Assembly (NCBI GenBank): GCA_963669175.1
Contig: OY769902.1
Span: 3,520,001-3,584,000, forward strand
Reading direction: 5' to 3'
DNA length: 64,000 bases
Source of the DNA: a bacterium
Lineage (GTDB): Bacteria > Electryoneota > Electryoneia > Electryoneales > Electryoneaceae
Positions 39,016-48,160 of the stretch are shown in pieces; the stretch's first letter is position 1, and the number at the start of each line of letters is the position of its first letter. The position numbers were made by a program, and so were the translations under genes. The notes under the pieces were generated by a model. That model saw only the letters and a list, made by a program, of their open reading frames with translations. It had not been told where the DNA came from and searched no databases.

Positions 39016-40242
39016 TTAAAGATCGTACAGAATCTTCACAGCCTCTTCAACAAACTGATCGGCGCTATTCCCCGTTGCTGACTCGCTATTGAACGGGACA
39101 TCCGTATTCACAAAAATGATAATCCTGTAATCACCTGTGGAAAAAACACCCGTCTGATAACCAGGAAGACTACCGTTATGGCCAACGACTTCCTGCACTG
39201 GATTGTCCTGGGGATACAGAATTTTGAACATCCCAAGTCCATACTCCGCATTCAGGGCGCCAACCGGAACAAACTCATCCATTACAATGTCAAATGTTTC
39301 CTGGCTGATCAATGTCGGGCTCAGGAACGCATCAATCCAGGTGGCCATATCGTGACGGTCTGAAATCATGTTGCCCGCTGTCCACGCCCAGGAAACATTC
39401 TGAGTAGTAAGATCATACCATCCAATCTCTTCACCAAAATAAGAATACCCGTACCAGAATGGCGTTGGCATCTCATCATCCTCAGGCGCCGGCATCTGAG
39501 TGTTGTCCATTCCCAGAGGCGTCAGGATGTATTGTTGGATGGCTTCATATGCCGCCATGCCTGTTATCTCTTCGATAATCAGGCCAAGGATAACATAATT
39601 TGTGTTGCAGTAGTAAAAACTCTCATCAGGACCATTCAGTGTTCCACCGGCATTTACTACTGCCTGTAGCAGGAAAGAAGGTTCATATTGTGGAAATGGT
39701 AATACCTCCAGGTCAGGAAGCTGAGTATAACAAATCAAACCTGATCGCATATCCAGCAGGTTTCGTATGGTGATGATATCGCTGTTGGGAATGTCAACTT
39801 CGTAATCAGGCAGGTAATCATCAATCACACCATCCAGGGAGACATCACCATTATCCATCAGGATATACATCATCTCCGCGGTAAATGTCTTGGTCATGCT
39901 GCCAATTCGAGTGTGAATATTCGTATTGTCCAGCGCCGTCCCCTGCCATCCGTCGGTCATAACGGATGAAAGATCATCAGCTTCCATGATTCCGGTGATC
40001 CCACACCATGAATCACCAGTATTATCAACAACATAAAGCAAAGCGCCTGGCACCACAATACTGGCAACATTCTCTTCCAGCATGGTCTGCAAATCAGCGC
40101 CAAACTTCTCGCTCAATGATTGCCCACTGACAGGATTACCATCATCATCGTCGTCATCACTGCACCCGATTACCAACAATGACAATGAGAATAACAGAAC
40201 CAGAATCCAAGAAAACGATGCACGAACCTTTCTACTGAACAT
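39016..40242 (-). CDS. Serine hydrolase lipoprotein (beta-lactamase/D-Ala-D-Ala peptidase family)
   Basis: Lipobox VIGC; RIGSMTK (SxxK), YCN (YxN), GHNG. Confidence 0.88.
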   Translation of the reverse strand: MFSRKVRASFSWILVLLFSLSLLVIGCSDDDDDDGNPVSGQSLSEKFGADLQTMLEENVASIVVPGALLYVVDNTGDSWCGITGIMEADDLSSVMTDGWQGTALDNTNIHTRIGSMTKTFTAEMMYILMDNGDVSLDGVIDDYLPDYEVDIPNSDIITIRNLLDMRSGLICYTQLPDLEVLPFPQYEPSFLLQAVVNAGGTLNGPDESFYYCNTNYVILGLIIEEITGMAAYEAIQQYILTPLGMDNTQMPAPEDDEMPTPFWYGYSYFGEEIGWYDLTTQNVSWAWTAGNMISDRHDMATWIDAFLSPTLISQETFDIVMDEFVPVGALNAEYGLGMFKILYPQDNPVQEVVGHNGSLPGYQTGVFSTGDYRIIIFVNTDVPFNSESATGNSADQFVEEAVKILYDL

Positions 40243-40447
40243 GTTTCCCCTCCCAAAATTCAGCGATTATTGTTACTCGGCAAAGCTATGCCAAGTTGTT
40301 TTCTGGAATTACGCCAAACATTATACAACATTTTGAAACAACTTCAAACATATATAGTTTCAAAATGTTGCAAAAGGCAGGAATCCAAGGTAGATATCAA
40401 ATCCAATAGCCAAGTAGCCCGGATCGCCCCCGGTCCGGGTAAACAAG

Positions 40448-40972
40448 CTACAGATTATAAAACTGGAGGTCTTTCCCGCTTAACGCCTTGGAAATCCAGA
40501 CAATTTGTCCGGTATGGTAAGAAAAATGTTCAACGACGTGGAAAATAGCAGAATAAGCTGTGGCGGACATTCCCTGAATGATGCGTGGTTGCATCAATAA
40601 TTCAGGATCATTCCACTTGGATATAATCTCGCACGCTTCATCGACTGTGCTTTTCAGAGCAAGAAATAAGACTTCCGGTAACGCGCCTTCCGTGGCGGCA
40701 AACTCACTGTCACGTTTCCGTATATCCTCCTGTCCGTCAAGGCCATGCAGTACCCATTGACGCACATTACCTTCCATGTGTAGCAGCAGGTTTCCGACGC
40801 TGTTGGTCGGTTCGTTGGGACGTTTCCACAGGGTTTCCGTATCAAACGCCTTCAACGCTTCTTCGATCCAGGGGAGATAGAATCCCTGCAAACGGTAGAT
40901 TGCTTCGGTGCTTAATGCGTGGGAAAAATCAGGAATGGGATCGGGACGGTTGTGCGGCTCGCGGGATTTCAT
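40448..40972 (-). CDS. DinB/DUF1572-like protein
   Basis: NSVGNLLLHMEGN, RDSEF, HFSYHTGQI. Confidence 0.85.
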   Translation of the reverse strand: MKSREPHNRPDPIPDFSHALSTEAIYRLQGFYLPWIEEALKAFDTETLWKRPNEPTNSVGNLLLHMEGNVRQWVLHGLDGQEDIRKRDSEFAATEGALPEVLFLALKSTVDEACEIISKWNDPELLMQPRIIQGMSATAYSAIFHVVEHFSYHTGQIVWISKALSGKDLQFYNL

Positions 40973-42048
40973 TCCTGCGTTTCCGCTTCAGCAACGGCAG
41001 CTTTCTCTTCTTCAAGAATCTTTGCCAGCACACTTTCATCGCCTTCATGAAGCGCTTTAAGCAATTCGGGCGATATGGATCCATTCACACGACTTGCACC
41101 TTCGTATTCGCCTTCATATTTCAACAGCGATTCCTTGAGTGAAGCCAGCGCGACCTCAACCATATCTTCATCGGGTTCACGTGTCGTGATAAGCTGCAGC
41201 CAGAATCCCGGCTTGACTGCCGGTTGCCATAAGGGCTCTTCAGCGTGTTTTTCCGCCAATCGCAGAACTTCATACGAAAGCCCGGCGATAATCGGGATGA
41301 ACGGCAAATGGAACAACACACGAAGCAACGCCGCTTTGCCCGTCCCTTCTCCAAAGCTGAATCCCGCCGCAAAGAAAAGGCTGTCCACAATCATAAACCC
41401 GATCATGGTCAATACAGCAGCAAGAATCAGGAAACTGGTGCCGCAACGAGGATGCTGACGACTCTGAGCGCAAGCGTTAGTCGTGTTCAGGGCCAGCTTC
41501 TTTTCGAAGGTAAAAATGCTTTTATGCTCAGCGCCGTGATACTGGAAAACCCGTTTGATATCCGGTATCAGCGTAATCGCGGCCATATAGCCCAGCAGCA
41601 GCAGAATACGCAAGCCTCCGGCAATCAGGTGAAAGACGACCTGATTGTCGTTTTTCTCGATAAGTTGCGCTACAAGATATGGTGTCGCCATGAACAGGCC
41701 GATGCCGATGGCAAACGCCACGACGAACATCAGACCTTCCAGCATCCTGTCCCAAATGGTCAGCGGCTTGGCATCCTCTTCCTCCCCGGCGATTTCACCG
41801 GACCAGGTAAGTGAATCAATACCAAGCTTGAGCGCTTCAAACAGGCCAATTGCGCCCCGTAAGACAGGCAACCCGGCGAGCTTATTGCGCCGGGTTATGG
41901 AAACAAAAGGATACGCTTTAACGCGTACGTTCCCCTCCGGATCGCGAACCGCCGTCGCAACCCGCCAGGGACTACGCATCATCACACCTTCAAGAACCGC
42001 TTGCCCTCCAACCGAAAGGTGCGGTTTCTTTTTTGCCTTGGTTGACAC
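40969..42048 (-). CDS. DUF1385 family membrane protein
   Basis: GGQAVLEGVMM, FQYHGAEHK, HPRCGTSF, LQLITTREP. Confidence 0.9.
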   Translation of the reverse strand: MSTKAKKKPHLSVGGQAVLEGVMMRSPWRVATAVRDPEGNVRVKAYPFVSITRRNKLAGLPVLRGAIGLFEALKLGIDSLTWSGEIAGEEEDAKPLTIWDRMLEGLMFVVAFAIGIGLFMATPYLVAQLIEKNDNQVVFHLIAGGLRILLLLGYMAAITLIPDIKRVFQYHGAEHKSIFTFEKKLALNTTNACAQSRQHPRCGTSFLILAAVLTMIGFMIVDSLFFAAGFSFGEGTGKAALLRVLFHLPFIPIIAGLSYEVLRLAEKHAEEPLWQPAVKPGFWLQLITTREPDEDMVEVALASLKESLLKYEGEYEGASRVNGSISPELLKALHEGDESVLAKILEEEKAAVAEAETQE

Positions 42049-42052
42049 CAGA

Positions 42053-42265
42053 TCAGGACTTCGGCTTCATGCCGTACTTCTTGTAGAACTTGTCTACGCG
42101 GCCGGCTGTGTCGACCAGCTTCTGCTTGCCCGTGAAGAACGGGTGACAGGCGGAGCAAATTTCTACCTTGATCGTGTCCTTCTGGGTACTGCGTGTGTTC
42201 CAGGTTGAACCACAAGCGCATTCCACTTCTACGTAATGGTATGCGGGATGGATACCTTCTTTCAT
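42053..42265 (-). CDS. rpmE: 50S ribosomal protein L31 (Zn-binding type)
   Basis: [27 protein letters not shown]. Confidence 0.97.
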   Translation of the reverse strand: MKEGIHPAYHYVEVECACGSTWNTRSTQKDTIKVEICSACHPFFTGKQKLVDTAGRVDKFYKKYGMKPKS

Positions 42266-42627
42266 CTCTCTATCCTCTCACCTACTGTTTGTAAAGCCAT
42301 GTAAGGTAACGGGCTAGACCGTGCAGTGCAAGATCAAATCCGAATAAAGGAGCCGCTCGAAACCCCGGAAAAAACATCAGGTAGGGGTAAATTCTACCCC
42401 TTCCTTTCAACTGCGCCCAATGTAATCCCGTTCCAACCGTACAGCCCAACTTATCCCGAGCCACTGGAGCCATCGTGAAAGCATGCGGTAAAATGGGCAG
42501 CCAGCAATCGCATATAGCTTGGTAGAAACAAGATACATCCATTTATTTTCAAACGCACGATCTCACTATAGTTGAACAAGCAGCTTGAGTTTCAAGGAGA
42601 CAACTCTGAAAAATTCTCGCTTCATTC

Positions 42628-42643
42628 CGGCACAGGATATGCT
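42628..42643 (+). promoter_or_regulatory. Candidate sigma54 -24/-12 promoter
   Basis: CGGCACAGGATATGCT (GG-N10-GC) 57 bp upstream of the ATG at 42700. Confidence 0.35.
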
Positions 42644-42699
42644 TCCTGAAAAAAGAATAGTTTCCTGAAATTGGTTTTGTTTTACACGCGAGTAAGTGG

Positions 42700-44715
42700 A
42701 TGCCACGCATTCTGTTTCATTTTCAACGTCCTTCACAATTGCCTGTTCTTACACCTGTTCTGGATGTTCTCCGTGACATTGACGGTGTGGAACTGGCGAT
42801 CACAATAACTCCGATTAACAGGCGTCACCTGGATGGTTTTGATGGCCAGAACCGTCTCCAGGCGGAAAAAATCGGGTTGCCTATCCTGGATGATTTCACG
42901 GCATGGAATCCGGATGCTGTCATTATGGCGGAAAATTACGCTCATCGGTTTGAGGGCAACGGCAAACTGGCGCTGGTTCCGGAACGTATCAGTAGCAAGG
43001 GACTCAGCTTTACGGAACATCAGGCAGCAGAACGTGATAACCTGCTGGACCTGATCTGTGCTCCAGGACCAATTCACAAGCAGAAAACTGAACAGTCAGG
43101 AAAAGTTTTCACATCAGTTATAGGAACGGGATTTCCCAAGCTGGACGCCGTCTTCAAGGAAGGTTTTGCGGTACAGGCGAAACTGAAACAATACGCCCGT
43201 ATATCCCCAAAGAAAAAAGCAATCCTGTATGCCCCGACAGAAGTAATGCCGCTGTCATCCGTCCCGATTCTCTGGACTCGCATCCGTCAGCTTGCAAACG
43301 ACCAGACGCACCTGTTTGTCAAGCTTCACCCTCGTTCCCCCTATTCCTGGACAGAGGACTTTCGTTTGCTTGCGGGAAATGACCCCAATATCACGCTGGT
43401 GCGTGAGGATGATCTTGCTTCATTCCTTGCGTTGGCCGATGTCGTCATCTCGGATACTTCATCCGCATACCTGGAAGCAATACTTCTCGATAAGCCTGTC
43501 GTTCTGTTTGAAAATCCCAACCAGAGAGAATATCCATTATACCAGTCAAATGACCTGGAATACATGTTTCAGAAGGCTGCATTTGTGACCAGCTCATTTG
43601 AAGAATTGAACACTGCGGTACAGGTTTACCTCGCTGATCCGGAACAGCATCAGGAAGAACGTGCTGAGGCGCGATTACAACTTCATGTAGATCTGGACGG
43701 CAACTCGGCACAACGTGTGGCTGATGCAATCCTTGGACTGCTTGATGGCATACAGGACTCCATTGTATCCGGCAAACACGATCAGGCAGATACCGCGATA
43801 ATCCTTCCCGTTGATCATTTCGATCCGGAGAATGCTGAACGTACGCTGGGAACACTGAAACTCGCAGGCGCAGCTTTCAACCTGTTCGTGCTGCCACTGA
43901 ACGGTCATACGCATGAATGGTTGGACCGGCTTGCATCCTATCACCCGGTTTTGCTGAATACACCGATTGATATGGAAGCCCTGCAATCCTACCAATACAC
44001 CTGTGTATTACAGCAGAGTGTTCTTGGGTTCAACGGTTGGCTGACACGTCTGCAAAACCATCTACGTATGGAGAAGCAGTTGCAGGCGGTCGTGCCTCAG
44101 CTTGCTTTCGGGATACCATCACAAAATCCCACCTTCAGGCTTGGCACAGAAATTTCTCCCGGCCCGCAAACAGAACAGCTCGATCATCAACTGAAGGTCA
44201 GAATACCAAACGAGCGAGTGCCGCTCTCCGTGGCCCCGGCTTTATCCTGTATCCTGATCAGAAACATCCCTCAAAACATGCAAATAGTAGTAAGCAGCAT
44301 CCTGGAAAAAGGAAAACAACTGCCACTGCAACATGTTGCGCTGGCAATGGATACGCTGATAGAAGAAGCGTCGGAAAATGCGGTGTACGAAGCTGAATGG
44401 GCTTATCCGTTATCGCCGGAACAGAAACAACTCGCTGAAGAACGGGTTATAGCGCTGGCAGACTGGATACAGATGCCGTTACGTGAACAGCTTCCTCCGG
44501 ACGCCCCGGTTTTCAACCGAAAAGGCTCTAATGGGAAAACGGCACAACCAGCCACTGACAATGGACATGTACGTCTGGCAAGACATTATATAAACAGGAA
44601 CAAGCGACATGAGGCCGAGAAACAGGTTCGTTTCGGCCTTGAAAAAGACCCGGATCATCCCGAATTGATCGCTTTGGCACGTGAACTTGGGATTCTTACG
44701 GGTCGGGAGCAGTAA
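42700..44715 (+). CDS. CDP-glycerol glycerophosphotransferase (TagB/TagF)-like protein with extra C-terminal domains
   Basis: TGFPKLD, ILYAPT, VKLHP, ADVVISDTSS, DGNSAQRV; C-terminal region possibly degenerate GT2 plus TPR. Confidence 0.75.
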   Translation: MPRILFHFQRPSQLPVLTPVLDVLRDIDGVELAITITPINRRHLDGFDGQNRLQAEKIGLPILDDFTAWNPDAVIMAENYAHRFEGNGKLALVPERISSKGLSFTEHQAAERDNLLDLICAPGPIHKQKTEQSGKVFTSVIGTGFPKLDAVFKEGFAVQAKLKQYARISPKKKAILYAPTEVMPLSSVPILWTRIRQLANDQTHLFVKLHPRSPYSWTEDFRLLAGNDPNITLVREDDLASFLALADVVISDTSSAYLEAILLDKPVVLFENPNQREYPLYQSNDLEYMFQKAAFVTSSFEELNTAVQVYLADPEQHQEERAEARLQLHVDLDGNSAQRVADAILGLLDGIQDSIVSGKHDQADTAIILPVDHFDPENAERTLGTLKLAGAAFNLFVLPLNGHTHEWLDRLASYHPVLLNTPIDMEALQSYQYTCVLQQSVLGFNGWLTRLQNHLRMEKQLQAVVPQLAFGIPSQNPTFRLGTEISPGPQTEQLDHQLKVRIPNERVPLSVAPALSCILIRNIPQNMQIVVSSILEKGKQLPLQHVALAMDTLIEEASENAVYEAEWAYPLSPEQKQLAEERVIALADWIQMPLREQLPPDAPVFNRKGSNGKTAQPATDNGHVRLARHYINRNKRHEAEKQVRFGLEKDPDHPELIALARELGILTGREQ

Positions 44716-44716
44716 C

Positions 44717-45823
44717 ATGAAGATCGTATACTACGCCAAGCGGAACTTGCATGTTCCCCATCTGTTACCGGTGAGTAACTGGATTCGTGATAACCATCCG
44801 GAAGTCGAACAGGTCTTCGCTTCCCCGCCCTACATCCCCTCCATGGAGGATATGCCGGGTGTGGGATTGAACGAAACATTGATTACGGACCTGAAACACC
44901 GTGGCTACGACTGGATTGGCCCGAGCAAGATCGGGAATTGGCGCCCGGACGTAACCGTCATGGCTGATGCTGACTTCGGTGGCATTGACTGGCAGGGTTG
45001 TATCGCGAACGTCAACCACGGCCTGATTTCAAAGGGGACTTTCTACACCAATCGTCAGACTGTACAACGTGAAAATGGCGCTGACCTGATCCTGGTTCCG
45101 GGTTCGCATCACGCGAAAGTATTGCAGAAAATGTTGCACAAACCCGTACTGGCGACAGGATTTGTCAAGTTTGATCCGGTCGGACGCGGTGAACTGACCC
45201 AGCAATCCGCACGCGAAAAGTATGGCATTGGCGCGAAGGATCGTGTTGTCACCTTTGCCCCGACGTACAACATTGAGTTGAGCGCTGTCCCGGTAATCAC
45301 GGATGGCCTGCGCACGTTCGCCAACCAGGGCCTGAAAGTGCTGGTCAAGTTGCACGGTATGTCGCCGGAATCATGGAAACAGATGTACCGTCTGCTGGCA
45401 TTGCTGGAAGAAAATATCATCTATGTTGATGACATGGACCTGACGCCTTCGATCATGGCGGCGGATGTGGTTATTTCGGATGTTTCCTCTGCATTCATGG
45501 AAGCAATGGCGTTGAACCGTCCGGTAATCCTGGTAAACAATCCCCTGCAGAAGAGATTCCCGGCTTACGATCCCAACGATATCGAATATGCCTGGCGTGA
45601 TGTGGGCGTTCAGGTGGGCACACGTCACGAGATCATCAAATCCGTACATCATGCGCTGGATCATCCGGAAGACAAGGAGGATCGTCGCAAATTCTACGGT
45701 CCCAAGCTGGTAGGTCCAATTGACGGACGTGCCGCAGAACGTGCGTCTACAGCGATCATGCAACTCGCTGCACAATACACACAACGGCATTCGCAGGTTT
45801 CGGCAGGATGGAACCCGAGTTGA
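44717..45823 (+). CDS. CDP-glycerol glycerophosphotransferase (TagB/TagF)-like protein
   Basis: NHGLISKG, TGFVKFD, FAPTYN, VKLHG, ADVVISDVSS, DGRAAER. Confidence 0.8.
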   Translation: MKIVYYAKRNLHVPHLLPVSNWIRDNHPEVEQVFASPPYIPSMEDMPGVGLNETLITDLKHRGYDWIGPSKIGNWRPDVTVMADADFGGIDWQGCIANVNHGLISKGTFYTNRQTVQRENGADLILVPGSHHAKVLQKMLHKPVLATGFVKFDPVGRGELTQQSAREKYGIGAKDRVVTFAPTYNIELSAVPVITDGLRTFANQGLKVLVKLHGMSPESWKQMYRLLALLEENIIYVDDMDLTPSIMAADVVISDVSSAFMEAMALNRPVILVNNPLQKRFPAYDPNDIEYAWRDVGVQVGTRHEIIKSVHHALDHPEDKEDRRKFYGPKLVGPIDGRAAERASTAIMQLAAQYTQRHSQVSAGWNPS

Positions 45824-45876
45824 TTCTTGCTTTGGTCTCAAACAGGCAAGATTGACGAATCAAAAAGAATGTTTCA

Positions 45877-45915
45877 CGCAAAGGCGCAAAGGCGCAAAGG
45901 CGCAAAGGCGCAAAG
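45877..45915. repeat. Octamer tandem repeat (CGCAAAGG)x4.9
   Basis: Directly visible in the sequence. Confidence 0.9.
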
Positions 45916-45988
45916 AAAGACAAAGAAGAAAGAAAGAAAGAAAATATAAGGAAGAATTATGGGTAAGATAAGTAGGTAGATTTATTAA

Positions 45989-46255
45989 CCCGACAGCAAG
46001 CAGTACGCCTCGGTTCACAAGTCGGGCCAAACGTGTTTTGCCTATTGGCCCCGCCGGCTTGAAGCACGTTGTAGCGAAGCGAAGGCGGCTGCCCGGCGGT
46101 GGTCTATTTTTCTGAAGAATTACTCCATCGGTAGTCAAAAGTGAAAAAAGTGAAAAAGGAAACAGATTGTCACGATTCCCAGCTATGCGTATACCAATTG
46201 ACACACAGATTACTGGGAATTCGCAGAATCCCGACAGCAAGCAGTCGGGCCAAGC
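45989..46255. repeat. Diverged single copy of the 238-bp composite unit
   Basis: Shares TTGGCCCCGCCGGCTTGAAGCAC...CCGGCGGTGGTCTAT, GGAAACAGATTGTCACGATT and TTCGCAGAATCCCGACAGCAAGCAGTCGGGCCAAG with 52342-53045. Confidence 0.85.
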
Positions 46256-46292
46256 CACCTCAAACCACGCACAAATTCTTTTAAGGAACCTA

Positions 46293-46410
46293 CTTTTTTA
46301 CCTTCTTTACTTTCTTTACCTTTTTCACTTCTCTTTACTTTCTTTACCTTTTTCACTTCTCTTTACTTTCTTTACCTTTTTCACTTCTTTCACTGTCTAC
46401 TTTTTTCACT
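46293..46410. repeat. Pyrimidine-rich ~9-bp tandem repeat (CTTTCTTTA/CTTTTTCAC)
   Basis: Directly visible; complementary purine version at 52230-52312. Confidence 0.8.
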
Positions 46411-46416
46411 TCAATA

Positions 46417-46971
46417 TCATATCACCTTGAACAGATCATCCGCAGCTTTCCGTTCCCGCGGTTTATCATTCATCCCTTTGTAATACTCAGGCAGAAAGCT
46501 CTCGTCCGAACCCGGTTTCCCTACAGCGATCATGACATAAGGTTCATCCACATCTTCCAGCGCGAACAGGGTACGAACTTTCTCCGGACTGAATCCTGCC
46601 ATGGGACGTGCGCTCAATCCAAGCTCCGTTGCTGCGAGCATGATATTCATCGTACTCATCCCAAGGTCGAATGTAAAATACTCCCTGCCATCATCCTGGA
46701 TACAGTCCGCGTTATGCCGTGAGTATCCGATGATGAGCAACGGCGCTCGTGTCGCCCAGGTCGTATTCCCCCCGACCAGGCACTCACGCCCTTTCTTCAA
46801 TCCTTCATCACTGTTCAGGAACAAGTATCGCCAGGGCTGATGGTTCCGGCATGACGGTGTCAACCGTGCCGCCTCGACCAGGACATCAATCACATCAACC
46901 GTCAACGGGTCTTTTTCTATCGAACGCCCTGCAACCCTTTTCTGAAGAAGTTGAATCACCTCACTATTCAT
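46417..46971 (-). CDS. Nitroreductase family protein
   Basis: KRVAGRS, ARLTPSCRNHQPWRY, FDLG, LAATELGL; start at MNSEVIQ. Confidence 0.88.
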   Translation of the reverse strand: MNSEVIQLLQKRVAGRSIEKDPLTVDVIDVLVEAARLTPSCRNHQPWRYLFLNSDEGLKKGRECLVGGNTTWATRAPLLIIGYSRHNADCIQDDGREYFTFDLGMSTMNIMLAATELGLSARPMAGFSPEKVRTLFALEDVDEPYVMIAVGKPGSDESFLPEYYKGMNDKPRERKAADDLFKVI

Positions 46972-47194
46972 GCTCCCCCCCTTTGGAAGGTTATTGATGT
47001 TTGAATACTCCTCCAATATATAATGCGCAATCATCATGTCCATACCCGCTTGTAAATCATTTCCTTTTCCTGAGCAAAATACCGGAATCGCTCCGCTTAT
47101 CATTTCACATGTTAGCGCAACCCTTGGAAAAATACTCTATTATTAACAAATAGTTAGGTTCCCCTATCCATAAGTCTACTGGAGACCGGAGGTT

Positions 47195-47212
47195 GCGTGA
47201 AGGAATGCACGA
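47195..47212. promoter_or_regulatory. Candidate Rex operator upstream of nfnA
   Basis: GCGTGAA-GGAA-TGCACGA resembles the Rex palindrome (T/C)GTGAA-N4-TTCAC(A/G). Confidence 0.4.
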
Positions 47213-47293
47213 GTGTAGTTTTCATGCCGGGCTGCGCAACTTGGAAATTGTGCGGCGTTTTTTCATAAACGGCAACCATACGGCGAGGGTGTG

Positions 47294-48160
47294 ATGTACG
47301 AAATCGTCCGTTTTGACCGGCCAGCGGATAAGGTCCTAGATTTGGATGTTATGGCGCCGGTGATCGCAAAGAAGCGTAAAGCCGGGCAATTCGTTTTGAT
47401 CCGGTTGAACGAGAAGGGGGAACGTATCCCTCTGACCATCGCAGATTCAGATCCGGAAAAAGGTACCATTCGTCTCATCGTCCAGGAAGTAGGCAAAACC
47501 ACCTATAATCTCGGGCAGATGAAGGTGGGCGATTGCCTGGCCGATGTTGCCGGTCCTCTTGGACAACCGACTCATATTGACAAGTTTGGTACGGTTGTCT
47601 GCATCGGCGGCGGTATCGGGATCGCCCCGGTACATCCCATTGCGAAAACCTTGAAGGAAGCGGGAAACCGTATTATCACCATTATCGGGGCACGTTCCAA
47701 AGACCTGATCATCCTCGAAAAAGAGATGAAAGCTATCTCGGACCGTGTGATCATCGCGACAGATGACGGCACCCGTGGTGTTCACGGTTTCGTGACCGAC
47801 GCCCTCCAGGGGCTGATCAACGATGGTGTCACCATCGACCTCGTCGTGGCCATTGGTCCGGTTCCGATGATGAAGTTCACCTCGCTGTTGACCAAAAAGT
47901 ACAACCTCCCCACCGTCGTCAGCCTGAACAGTGTCATGGTGGACGGTACCGGAATGTGCGGCGGCTGCCGTGTTTCCATTGGGGACAAGTCGGCTTTTGT
48001 GTGTGTTGATGGTCCTGAATTCGACGGCCACCAGGTCAACTATGACGAACTGATCATGCGTCAGAGCGCATACATCGACATGGAGAAGGAAGCCTTGGAT
48101 CATTATCACAAGTGCCGTCTCGATGTTGAAGCGGAGCGCCTGAAGAAGGAGGCGGAATAA
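47294..48160 (+). CDS. nfnA: NADH-dependent reduced ferredoxin:NADP oxidoreductase small subunit (NfnA/SudB-like)
   Basis: GERIPLTIAD, GPLG, GGGIG, MVDGTGMCGGCRV, CVDGPEF. Confidence 0.9.
   Translation: MYEIVRFDRPADKVLDLDVMAPVIAKKRKAGQFVLIRLNEKGERIPLTIADSDPEKGTIRLIVQEVGKTTYNLGQMKVGDCLADVAGPLGQPTHIDKFGTVVCIGGGIGIAPVHPIAKTLKEAGNRIITIIGARSKDLIILEKEMKAISDRVIIATDDGTRGVHGFVTDALQGLINDGVTIDLVVAIGPVPMMKFTSLLTKKYNLPTVVSLNSVMVDGTGMCGGCRVSIGDKSAFVCVDGPEFDGHQVNYDELIMRQSAYIDMEKEALDHYHKCRLDVEAERLKKEAE

Noticed and set aside
40279-40295. Sigma54-like TGGCATAGCTTTGC upstream of the serine hydrolase
   Set aside because: GG-GC spacing is 9 rather than the required 10.
42282-42542. 86-aa ORF upstream of rpmE
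   Set aside because: No recognisable motifs or clear RBS; probably promoter or leader sequence.
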